A stretch of 64,000 nucleotides of DNA, from positions 4,774,001-4,838,000 of the forward strand of contig NC_087252.1 of assembly GCF_037042905.1 (NCBI RefSeq). The letters are read 5' to 3'. The notes under the pieces were generated by a model. That model ran no database searches. It was not told the DNA's origin and was given only the letters and a program-made list of their open reading frames with translations. Below are positions 53,826 to 64,000 of the stretch, one piece after another (position 1 is the stretch's first letter; each line of letters begins with the position of its first letter). The translations under genes and the position numbers were made by a program. This DNA is from Lytechinus pictus. Taxonomy: Eukaryota.

Positions 53826-54062
53826 ATTGACCTGGACGTCGATTTGATGGCGCCAAAATGACGTTCGAACTATGGGGCGCCGAATTGATGTTCGATCTAG
53901 CGGGGCACCAAATTGATGTTCGAACTAGGGGAGCGCTAATTTGAATTTTGACCATAATGCGACAAATACATGTTTCAGAGAGGGGAGGGAGGGCAAGTTA
54001 TATTTCACATGGGGGCGCCAAGTTTATGTTCAACCGAGGGCGCCAAATTGACCTTGAACTTA
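53826..54062 (+). repeat. Degenerate subterminal repeats of about 25 bp (ggggcgccaaattgatgttcgaacta)
   Basis: Five to seven imperfect units are visible. Confidence 0.65.
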
Positions 54063-55525
54063 GAGGGCTTCATGCAAATTCATTTTCGACCGGGGACGCA
54101 ACATTGCCTGTTTATAGTGAAATATATGTCCTGCTAAAAAACTTCAATTAATGCGGCTGAATTAAAATATCCCGTTTTACGATAAAAGAAAAAAAAAATG
54201 TTTTCGAGTTTTAAGTCTGTTTAGCGAGATAGTTACCCTGTTCAGGGTCACAAAAAAGGGTTATTATCAAATTCAGCTCGCGCTACGCGCTCGCAATATT
54301 TGATTAATGAGGTATGCATCCTCTGCTTCAATCCCACATGTAAGTGTTAGTGTTTTTCAAGTCAACATACATAGGTCGATCCAGGGGGCAAAGATTTTGC
54401 CCCCCCCCCCCCATGGTGGCGCAAAAAGGGGTAAGAAACAGACAAAAGGAAGAGAAAAGGACAAGCAATTAGAATAGGAATTATACCTTAGTCCTTCTTA
54501 AGTCAGTATATAAAAAATTGAGCTCGCGCTTCGCGCTGGCATCAATAAATTGTTTAGTTATAATTATACGCATCCCGACCTTACAGTTTTTTATGCGAAC
54601 GAGAAGCACAAGCTGAAAATATTTGATATTCTAACCTGACAACTGAAAATGTATTTTTCATTTCATCATTATAAAAGTTTTCAGCTAGCGCTTCGCGGTC
54701 GCATTCATTTCTTAATAGATATGCATCGTGTTCATCATAACAACTACTAACATAGGCGGATCGAGGCGGCCCGAGGGCAACCTCCCCCCTGTTGACAGAG
54801 CAAATAAATTGTGAAAAACGGGGGAAGAAAAAAAAAGGGGAAAGAAAGGAGAACAAAGAAGACGAAACATAAAAGGTGGAAGACGAGTGAATAAAATAAG
54901 GTCAGAAGAAGACTTGGAAAACAATTTAAAAAAATATTTAATGTCACTATATTAAAGTTTCGCTCCGCATCGCGCTCACATTGCCTGTTCGATGAGATAC
55001 ATATCTTGCTCAATAGGCTGAAATGTAGTTTAAAATATCAAGTTTTGATATCAACATACAAAACATAATTCAGCTCGGACATCGATCTTTCATTATTTTG
55101 TTTTATTTACCAATTTATGTTTTAAGTGCTCTGGACAATGTCAGTTTTATGGTTTGAATCATCATTTGCAACATTTTGTGCGCTCGCACTATATGCCAAG
55201 TAGGTCTACGTATTGTCTTTTTATATTTCATATAAGATTCTCTAAATATACCTTTTCAGGTGTCTCGATTGTAAAAAGAATAATAAAGGCCTATGAGCTA
55301 GCGCTGTGCGCTCGCATTTTGATTGGTGAGTTATGTATACCTATATATTAATTTTATAACAAACTACTTAAATCATGTAAATCCCCCCATTAAAAAATTC
55401 CGGATCGCGATTAGCGCTCGCATTATTTGCTAAAAATATATCAACCAATGAATCCTATTCATGATTACAAAAATACTTAAAATATCCAGTTTTCAGGCCT
55501 CATGCACTGTCAACAAATTTCACAC

Positions 55526-55947
55526 ACTCATTAGGCTTAACAGATTAATAAATATGAAATAAAATTTGTATAAATTCATTATAACTAAATTGTCCCTTTT
55601 TCAGAAATAAATATCAACAAGTTTTAGGAAAAGAAAGAGAAGATAGTCATCATTCTTATATGATGACAAAATGTCCTTAGGCCTAAAATGTCTCGATCCT
55701 AGGTCAAATAAATAATAAAATATCAGACACTCATTAGGCTTTACAGACTCATTAGGCTTAACAGATTAATAAATATGAAATAAAATTTGTATAAATTCAT
55801 TATAACTAAATTGTCCCTTTTTCAGAAATAAATATCAACAAGTTTTAGGAAAAGAAAGAGAAGATAGTCATCATTCTTATATGATGACAAAATGTCCTTA
55901 GGCCTAAAATGTCTCGATCCTAGGTCAAATAAATAATAAAATATCAG
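55526..55947 (+). repeat. 201-bp tandem duplication with a 20-bp partial copy at the junction
   Basis: 55526-55726 and 55747-55947 appear identical. Confidence 0.9.
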
Positions 55948-57891
55948 CTCGCGCTTCGCGCTCGCATTATTTATATAGTGCTATCAAATTTCCCTATATA
56001 CACAGTGCTGTAAACAGTGCTTAAATTGACCCTTTTCATATCGGAATTTCAAATATTATTTTCAGCTCGGGCTCTGCGCTCGCATTATTGATTTTTATGA
56101 TGAAAAATGAAATGTATTCAGAAATGCCAGGATTCTGTCTAACTCTAAAACACGCGCACGCATGTTTTTAGGATACAAAGCTTGATCTTATTCAAAACGT
56201 GCTAAAATTATCCAGTTTCGAATCAGAATATAAAAAAAATTTTGCTCGCGCTTTGCGCTCGCATTATTATTGTAGGAAGATACCAAAAATTACCCATCCT
56301 TTTTCATGATTGACAAACATGAATCGAATGTCCCATTGGGGGATTTGAAATCTCATCTTTTTAGGTTGGAATATCAAAAATGTTCAGCTCGCGCTTCGCG
56401 CTCACATTATTTAATCGTTGAAATATGTATCGTCTTAATGGCTAACTGCAAAACATCCTTAACATGTCCCTTTTCGACCAGGCCAGAACGAATATTTAAC
56501 ATTTCTGCTCGGCTTCGCGCTCGTGGTAATTATCTATAGTTACATACGCTGTTCAGGTTCACAAACATTGCCCAAAATTTTCAATTTTCAGGACAAAATA
56601 CATGAAATTTCATTTTTAGATTACATAGGGCTTAAGAGATTATTACACATTTATGTTGCTTATAAAGTAAAGCTAGGAAATGACTGTTAGGACATGGGTG
56701 TTTTGCCCCCCCCCAAAAAAAAAGAAAGAGAGAATCAAGACTAAGAAAAAATATAGAGAGAAAAGGAAAGGGATTAGGATGAAATATAATATTATTTTCC
56801 AAATATTATGTCAAAATCTATCACAACCTTGTATTTTTGTAATAAAAATGTCAGCATATTTGCTTGCTCGCTTCGCTCACTGGCAACTTCTTATTAATTT
56901 TATGCGATACACCATATCGAGTCCCCTCGAAAATGTTGGCTTATTACGGCACTGGGACAACCCCTTTAAAGAAACCAAAAAAAAAAATCAACTTTGAGCG
57001 GCCGATCGGGGAAAATATGGGTGAAAAAATGGCCCCTCACCCTAATGGCAAAAGCTGGGTCCGCCCCTGACTTAGGCTTTCAGGATATAATACATGAAAA
57101 ATCTATAAAAAAAAAATCAGATCGCGCTTCGCGTTCTCATTATTTATTTAGGCCTTGTGAGATACCTCAATTTGTTTTTAAGAATGAAATATCAGATTTT
57201 CTTTGACGTCTACCCCTCCCCCATTTCATTTATTTTTTTAACTTGGTGCCCTCGCCACCCACCCCCCCCCCCGTGCACCCATGCTGAATAAATACGCCAC
57301 TGATGAGGAGAATTAGTCGATTGCATTATTCCCAAGAGGTTATCATTAACATTATTGAAGGGTATTCTAACACAACAGTACAGAAAGTACAGCTCCCGTT
57401 CACAGAATATTCTAGTAGGACCTACTCTGGTTAGAAGTTAAACCAAATTGAACCCCCCCCCAAAACAAAACAAAAAAAAAATCGCTCGTGCTTTGCGCTC
57501 CCATTGATATTACATTATATATTCATGGATTTTTTTTTCAAGAACACATGAAAAAGGTGTCTTTGGTTTTTTTTAAATGTGATTATAAGATAATTCAAAA
57601 TCCATTTAAGGCACTTTAGTTAGCCTGGCCGGGAGGGAGTATGCGCCATTTTTCGAAAAGTACACATATGGGCGCCAAAAATCAGGTCAAATTTGCCCCC
57701 CCCCCCTCCCTCCCCACGAAATCCTGGATCCGCGCCTGGGTTCTATAACAATAACCCAATTAGGGCAATCATCCCCTGACAACTACTTCAAGGAAATTAT
57801 TATCCCCATATTTTTACCGGCGGGGACTGATACCCCCCCCCCCCCGGAAATTTACCCTCCAGATAATTACCCCGGATAATTACCCCTAGTA

Positions 57892-58572
57892 TGGAGCCTT
57901 GAAAATGCCATTAACGTGACGACATGGCGTGGTACTTTATCTTGCCATGTCTTAATTAATCATTGGCGGCGGAAGGCAAAAAAAATTAGGGGGGTCCACC
58001 TGAAATTTTGGGATGGACACAGGTAAAAAAATTGACAAGCAAATCAACCAAAATTTATAAGGACCACCAATTTTGAAAAAATTTTGACAAGAAAAAAAAA
58101 GGTTATAAACCAAAATTAGGGGGACAAAAAGATTTTAGGGGGGGGGTCCACCTCAATTTAGGGGGGGGGGGACGTAGAAAACAAATTGACAAGCAAAAAA
58201 AAAGGTTCTCAACTAAAAATCTAGGGGGGACCGTCCCCCACCTCAAATTTAGGAGGAAAGGTCCCCCCCCCCGCTTCCTCCGCCTAAGTAATTAATACGC
58301 TTATTATTTCGACATAGCGATATATTCTATCTTGTCAAGTCGATATGTCCACATGGCGAGATATGGAGTGTACAAGTCCCGGCGAGAATCCCGATATATC
58401 GCTATGTTGACATGTAACTTATTTAAGTCGACTTGGCAAGATAAAATATCTCGCCATGTTGACATATAACTTTTTATAAGTGGACTGACTTGGCAGGATA
58501 ACGTATCGCGCCATTATTTAGTCGACATGGCAAGATAAGGTATCTCGCCATGTCGTCAAGTCGATGGCTCCG
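57892..58572. mobile_element. TA-flanked (Tc1/mariner-type) MITE with internal gtcgacatggcaagata repeats, at the centre of the foldback element
   Basis: TA|TGGAGCC ... GGCTCCG|TA; arms tgacgacatggcg..tatcttgccatgtc / gacatggcaagata..cgccatgtcgtca. Confidence 0.7.
57961..58288. mobile_element. 328-bp hAT-like MITE nested in the TA-flanked MITE
   Basis: Perfect 8-bp TSD TAATTAAT (57953-57960 and 58289-58296); TIR CATTGGCGGCGGAAG / CTTCCTCCGCCTAAG. Confidence 0.85.
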
Positions 58573-59652
58573 TATGGCGTCTAGAGGGTAAATTTCCGGG
58601 GGGGGGGGTAACAGTCCCTGACGATAAAATATGGGGATAATATTTTCCTTGAAGTAGATGTCAGGGGGCGATTGTCCTTTGGGTCATCGTTATAGAACCC
58701 CAATGGACTCGTATCATTGGCCTTTTGACCTCTTGATGGCATTGGATCTCACTATATCCTGACCATAATTTTACACACACCGCGGGCTATCGGACCCGCG
58801 GTCTATCGGACCCGCGGACTATCGGACCCGCGGTCTATCGGACCCGCGGTCTATCGGACCCGCGGACTATCGGACCCGCGGTCTATCGGACCCGCGGGCT
58901 ATCGGACCCGCGGTCTATCGGACCCGCGGTCTATCGGACCCGCGGTCTATCGGACCCGCGGTCTATCGGACCCGCGGTCTATCGGACCCGCGGTCTATCG
59001 GGCTGTAACCACAATAACCTGCAAATGCACTCACTATTTCTTTTGTATTTCATTAAATGAAATATGAAATATTCCAATTTTCTCCTCATTGTCAAGTGAA
59101 ATAACAATTTCTTCCTCCCTGAACATGTGGAATTAGCATTGTTTGATACTATATGGTTCAGTCAAGTTATTGTCAAATCTGTAAAAAATGAAATATTGTG
59201 TAATTCAAACAATAAAAAACAAAAGAAATAGTGAGTGATGGACATCATCGACTGACTCATTTGCATGTCACTGGATTGTGCATATCACTGTTTTGTGAAA
59301 AATAAGCGAAAGTTTAAAATGCCATAACTTTCTTATTTTACATCCGAATTTGATGAAATTTTCAGCGTTATGCTGGTTTGATTTTTCTCTGTTTAATCAA
59401 ATCAATGTTTTTCTGGGGTGGACTTGACCTTTAACTATCTTGTATTTGAACGAAGTGAACTAACACAAATCATGCATCCGATCGTATATATTACTGAGTC
59501 AAACTGGCAAAATTATTCAAAGTGACAATGCTAATATTTTATATCTATTATTGGTAATCACGGGCATTGAATGAAAGATGCAATCAATTTTTTCTTAAAC
59601 TCTCTCTAAACCAAATAAAGGCGCAAACAAAAACAGAAGAAATAAACTTTAA

Positions 59653-59667
59653 CCATTAGATGGCGCT
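59653..59667 (+). promoter_or_regulatory. CTCF-like motif CCATTAGATGGCGCT
   Basis: One mismatch from the CCACTAGATGGCGC form of the CTCF core; motif match only. Confidence 0.35.
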
Positions 59668-59719
59668 CGAACACTAATGCTCGTATTTTGATCTTCAAAA
59701 AATCAATGATATCCTGAAC

Positions 59720-59821
59720 TGAATTATCACAATTCGTAATATAATCATTTATATGAATTGTCACAATTCGTAATATAATCATTTCTATGAATTGTCACAA
59801 TTCGTAATATAATCATTTCTA
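59720..59821. repeat. 34-bp minisatellite, three copies
   Basis: tgaattgtcacaattcgtaatataatcatttcta at 59720, 59754 and 59788. Confidence 0.9.
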
Positions 59822-61032
59822 AACAACACATTCATATTTTTTTTTCTATTCCTCTATCCCCCTTTCAGCTGAAATGTTCTTTCCCTCTCGCTCAGTTATT
59901 TTGTTTTCATGATGTCTTTCCAAATCCCGTGGACAACTCCCATCCATTTGCATTTTTTGTATTCGTTTTAAGCGTCTATCAAACATCATTTAAAAAAACA
60001 TACATCCTTATAATACAGGTTTAGAAATAGGTCCTGCGAAAAAAACCCAACCAGACTTGTACTAACTTTGCTTTGGCAATAAATCAATTTGTGCGTGAAG
60101 AGAAAAAATATATAAATCAGAATGTCGAAAGTTGAAAATGGGACCAAAAAATGATATTTGAGAAATTTGAGATCAATAAAGACTAAATTAACATTATGGC
60201 GAGGAAATCGTGACTGGTTTACTTTCCCATTTGACTTCTAATTGATTATAATATTTTCGTGGTTTTCCCCTTTTATCAACATTACACTCGGGTTGGTCAT
60301 AAGAAAATATCACCCTATTGTTATATGGAATGCGATTCATTTATTTTCCTCAAGGAATGCCCACCGCCTGAAACAATAAAAAAAAATTGAATACAATTTC
60401 TTTTAAAAAAAAATAAAGAAAAGAAATCTGAGTAATTTTGTGCAGAGGTAAATAGGTATCCTCTCTACCCTTCACCACAATGACATTATGATAGCATGCG
60501 ACCAATTTGAAATCCCCACATTCGTGTCAAAGATTTATTGAGATGAAAATAAGATGTTCGATAATACCGAATAAAAAAGGACATTAATGCGTGAACTAAT
60601 TCAAATGATAAATAACTATACCTGTAAACCTTCTTTTAACTTCTCCCAGTCCAGATTTTTTTCCCCCCATGTTATGATAATCCAAACCGCTTAGAGATCA
60701 TTTTTAATTCCATTCAGGTTACTTTACTTCTTCAAGTTCTTGGCTAAACTACTGTTCAGATTTCATCGAGGGGGGGGGGGGGGGAAGGAATTGAATTTCC
60801 GGATTTTTTTTCTCAAGTTAGCTGAGCAGACTGAACATGCAAGGGCCGTGAAAGAAACGATTTTTTAAGTTAGGTGGGGGGGGGGGGGGGGGGGGGGCTG
60901 AAGTATCATGGTAGTATCCACGTTTTGTGCATTGTCACTGAAAAAAAAATGTGTGTGTGGGGGAGGGGGCAGCTCCTGTGTATTAAGCATGTAATAGATG
61001 GAGTATTTTATTTTATTCACTTCTATGGTAGG

Positions 61033-61185
61033 ATGTTGTTGGATGTTGTTCGGGCGACTTGGTCACTTTTTCAATTTAGATTTGTCTTATCTCCAACACC
61101 AAGAATCTTCTGCTTGAAAAAGATTAGAAAACATAGTTTTTCGACCTTTGAAAAATCCCCAAAATGGCATACAATTTCAAATTAA
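61033..61185 (+). other. 50-codon upstream ORF overlapping the OXSM start out of frame
   Basis: ATG one base after the putative acceptor (AG 61030-61031); MLLDVVRATWSLFQFRFVLSPTPRIFCLKKIRKHSFSTFEKSPKWHTISN*; stops 22 nt into the OXSM CDS. Confidence 0.45.
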
Positions 61186-61287
61186 TGTCTGCAATGAAGG
61201 GAACAACAATGATTGAAATTCAAAGGAAGAGTTTTTCCAGCTCTGTGACTGCCTTGAATCGCAGGAGAGTCGTCGTTACTGGCGTTG
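61164..61287 (+). CDS. OXSM: OXSM coding exon 1: mitochondrial presequence plus start of the ketoacyl-synthase domain
   Basis: MAYNFKLMSAMKGTTMIEIQRKSFSSSVTALNRRRVVVTGV(G); RRVVVTG.G is the FabF/OXSM N-terminal motif. Good Kozak context aaaATGG, in-frame upstream stop at 61149, donor G|GTAAGA. The exon probably starts at the acceptor ending 61031. Confidence 0.9.
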
Positions 61288-62329
61288 GTAAGATACACTG
61301 TCCCACCTGCTGTAATTCATGTCATGTTATTTTTAGTCAGTGGAGCTCCAGCTCCAGTCTGACTCAAGAGGTTCAAATTCAAATCACATTTCCCAGCGTT
61401 ATTTCGTTCTGTTCTCGTAATTTTACCAAAAGAAAAGATAACATGAATTACTGTACTTACAAGTCGGGATAGATATGCAATGCCACGATGGGATGAGGGG
61501 GAAAATTCTGATATTTTTGTGATTTTGTTTTGTTTGTGTTTGTGTGTGTGTTTATTAAATTTAAATTTAAAAAGTTAATGGGGCTTTAGGCCAAACAAAA
61601 ACATGTTAATAATATTTCTTAACCAAAATTGTGGGTAAGGGTTATTGATTTTCTATTTCTGCCAAGTTCTATACTTCTCAATACGGCTCAAAATAAAGGG
61701 AGAGAAAATTATTGTGTGGGGACGACCTACAAGTACAACTTACTTTACAACTACAAGGAATTTAAAAAATGGAACTGAATAAAGACGTGCTCAATTTTTC
61801 CATCTTGCACTTATCGATAGGAAATGCAAGAATTAATACAGAATTCAAAATCCGACAAAGCGAAATGGTATCAAGAAAAAGTGTGAAGGTTCTTAATAAA
61901 TGCAAGATAGAAATAAATATTTTGAGCATGTTTTTATTTGGCAATCAGCAACATTTTAATGTTTTAGGGAATTGGGCAAAAATGTTTATATATGCCTCCG
62001 ACGAAGATTCTGCTAGGATCGAAAGCTTAGGCCCCTTTTGACTTTCTAAAAATATGTATAGTATTTCTTTATGTTACGGTACACCTTTTCTTTATGACAT
62101 GATAAAAGATAACTCTCAAATTTTCAGTAAAACCTTATTGTAAGTCTGTGGCGAATCATGTACAAACTTTCTCAATCGATTGTAAATATTGATCATATCT
62201 CATGTTAACCCACCCCAAGCCCTTTAACATAAAAAATGCAATCAATTTTTCAAATAAACGTATCTGTAAGTCTGTGGCCAGTCATGTGAAAAAATTTCCA
62301 TACTCATAACTATTAATTTATCTCTTCAG

Positions 62330-62446
62330 GTGTGGTGTGCCCCCTAGGAGTTGGTATTGATGTGGTGTGGCCTCGGATTCTTAGAGGCAAGAGTGGAATC
62401 ACCAAGATCACAGGGGATCAGTTCAAAGGCATCCCTTGCCAAGTTG
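62330..62446 (+). CDS. OXSM: OXSM coding exon 2: (G)VVCPLGVGIDVVWPRILRGKSGITKITGDQFKGIPCQV(A)
   Basis: Acceptor tctcttcag, donor GTAAGT, phase 1-1; matches the FabF/OXSM pattern PLG.G....W..L..G.SGI...IPC.VA. Confidence 0.95.
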
Positions 62447-62921
62447 GTAAGTTACCCAAGTGTTTTTAAACAAGGCCCTGTAACATATAACTTAGTGATT
62501 GGTCATACTGGTTATTTCTATGATTGATTCAGTTGATTATTGTGTATGATCAGTAACAAAAATCTGCCATGCGATTAATTGCTAAGCTTTATGTTACGGG
62601 ACCCATTATTCAGAAATAATATGTTTTGCAGGTACAAAAAAAAAATAGCCTCGAGTATAAACATGCTGAGGATTTTTTTTTTGACTTGCACTCTGTAAAG
62701 CAATATACAATCATGAAAAGATGGTAAAATCATAGAAAGACTATAGAAGGGGATGGGCATTTCACTTTAATAAAAAAAAAAACATGAGTAAGCAGAGAAG
62801 GGGGGGGGGTAGGGAGATATGTCATTTGATGTCATGATGTCAAATGTCATCGTTTCCATGGGTAACTTCAAACACTAACAGCTTTGGAAAGTTTGAAACT
62901 TATTTCCCACAGCATGACTTC

Positions 62922-63150
62922 TAATAATAATAATAATGATATGCAACATTTATATAGCGCTTAATACAAATGTTTCTAAGTGCTGCATACTATTACCCCG
63001 GCTTTAGCATGGCTACCCTATTCGGGCGCATCGAGCATTCAAGGAATTCCTTCCTACCGGGTACCCATTTACTACACCTGGGTCGAGAGTGGCAAATGTA
63101 GATAAACGTTATGCCAAAGGGCGCTAGTGCTGCGGTGGAATTTGAACCCC
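62922..63150 (-). mobile_element. 5'-truncated tRNA-derived SINE in an OXSM intron
   Basis: On minus: B-box GGTTCAAATTCC, central CORE-like segment (ttgccactctcgacccaggtgtagtaaatgggtacc), tail aagcgctatataaatg then (ATT)n. Related plus-strand fragment near 29335-29420. Confidence 0.8.
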
Positions 63151-63454
63151 ACATCTAATGTCACATTTTAACCCATGTAAAGGGTTAGGTTGTGTTCAAA
63201 TTTGGATAGGCCAACCATGGAATGATGGGGGTTTTCTAAATTAAATAATAACAATAATTAAGTAAGCAATGAAACAAAATAGCTGTGTGATAAAATGTAT
63301 AGAATTACAGAGCAATTGTGAATAACACCATAGGCACAATGTATTTGTTGATATGACATCTCTAGAGATGATGGAAGCAATCTAGCTTGGTGATGGTAGT
63401 TGGCCGTAGCAGGGAAAAGGTAAATAGTTGACTATTGTTTTCCTTTCATGATAG

Positions 63455-63519
63455 CTGGTTTTGTTCCAAAAGGCACTGGGGAAGGTGAATTTGATGCACT
63501 CCGATATGTTTCATCATCA
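63455..63519 (+). CDS. OXSM: OXSM coding exon 3: (A)GFVPKGTGEGEFDALRYVSSS
   Basis: Acceptor ttcctttcatgatag, donor GTGAGT, phase 1-0; resembles OXSM AAYVPRG..EGQF. Confidence 0.92.
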
Positions 63520-63924
63520 GTGAGTATGCCGTATTCCATTCCCTTTAAAGACATATCAATTCAGTAAAGTAAGCGTTACTTCATATTGTTATTTGCCTTG
63601 TTGAATAATCACTAAAACCTTCAAATTGGCAGCATGATGAAGTGTCTTATTCAGTTTCTTCATTTACTCTTATTAATCAATGACCTGGCCCTTTGTGTCT
63701 TCTTCTCACCTGTTTTAAAATACCTACCTCATTATTAACATATGTTATTTATTTTTCATATGTTTGTAGTTATACTTTCGGGTCTCCATGGCTATGTCAA
63801 CTTCTGTTGGAGTTGCCTTACTAACAGGAAACAAATTAATAAATACATGAATAAAGACAAAATGAAGTAATAAATGCTTAAAATTCTGTGGTACAAATGA
63901 GTTTATGTATTTCTATTTTTGAAG

Positions 63925-64000
63925 GACCTTCGTAGCATGAGTCAGGCAACCATCTTTTCTCTTGCTGCTGCACAGGAAGCCCTTGCACAAGCAGGATGGA
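63925..64000 (+). CDS. OXSM: OXSM coding exon 4, truncated by the window: DLRSMSQATIFSLAAAQEALAQAGW
   Basis: Acceptor ttctatttttgaag, phase 0; matches OXSM D.KSMS..T..A..AA..A...SGW. Confidence 0.92.

Larger units (their letters stand above)
53024..57738. mobile_element. 4.7-kb non-autonomous hAT-like element
   Basis: Perfect 8-bp TSD GGTTCTAT (53016-53023 and 57739-57746); TIR CAGG(T/C)GCGGATCCA; no transposase ORF. Confidence 0.9.
52808..59010. mobile_element. Foldback (Mutator-like?) element whose long TIRs carry 16-bp tandem repeats CCGATAGACCGCGGGT
   Basis: About 8 units on the left (52817-52940) and about 14 inverted units on the right (58780-59001). The inverted arm continues through 52940-53023 plus 57739-57860 versus 58580-58780. 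No clean TSD. Confidence 0.82.
52635..59430. mobile_element. Kolobok-like MITE (inverted copy of the 40388-40989 family) split by about 6.2 kb of nested insertions
   Basis: TTAA|AGGACAAGTCCACCCC at 52635 and GGGGTGGACTTGACCT|TTAA at 59430; pieces 52635-52807 and 59021-59430 rejoin to the family sequence. Confidence 0.88.

Noticed and set aside
52542-53955. ORFs with repeating RTRGLSDPR and K/E/R- or F/S/L-rich sequence
   Set aside because: Translations of the 16-bp TIR repeat and the polypurine tract.
52817-59001. CRISPR-like arrays (16-bp repeats; GCTCGCGC motif array)
   Set aside because: Eukaryotic context with no cas genes. The 16-mers have no spacers, and the motif array has long irregular spacers and degenerate repeats inside a TSD-bounded transposon.
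61288-61472. C-terminal part of the 102-aa ORF
   Set aside because: Intron read-through after the GTAAGA donor; OXSM homology continues at 62330.
63110-63150. tRNA gene (B-box GGTTCAAATTCC on minus)
   Set aside because: No cloverleaf or A-box; it is the truncated head of a SINE.

Overview
AT-rich, intron-rich animal genomic DNA; the repeat style suggests a marine invertebrate such as a sea urchin (inference). Two genes lie head-to-head. On the minus strand is the 5' part of a PDZ-RhoGEF/LARG-family gene (ARHGEF11/12, RhoGEF2-like): a PDZ exon at 380-487, a phase-compatible exon at 4961-5046, candidate start/micro-exons at 10.7 and 21.0 kb, and a probable non-coding first exon near 51.0-51.2 kb, implying roughly 40 kb of 5' intron. 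On the plus strand are the first four coding exons of mitochondrial 3-oxoacyl-ACP synthase (OXSM, 61164 to the window end). The rest is non-autonomous DNA transposons with readable TIRs and TSDs (TTAA Kolobok-like, 3-bp Harbinger-like, 8-bp hAT-like, 4-bp GGTC-ended, 8-9-bp TAG-ended), SINE fragments, microsatellites and two assembly gaps. Most notable: (1) about 60 copies of TACATGTA, plus related TA-x-TA words, confined to the long intron and resembling Tc1/mariner excision footprints; (2) candidate recursive-splicing AG|GT ratchet points in that intron; (3) a four-level nested transposon stack between the two genes; (4) a uORF overlapping the OXSM start. Nearly all ORFs in the supplied track are spurious. 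All counts and alignments were done by eye.
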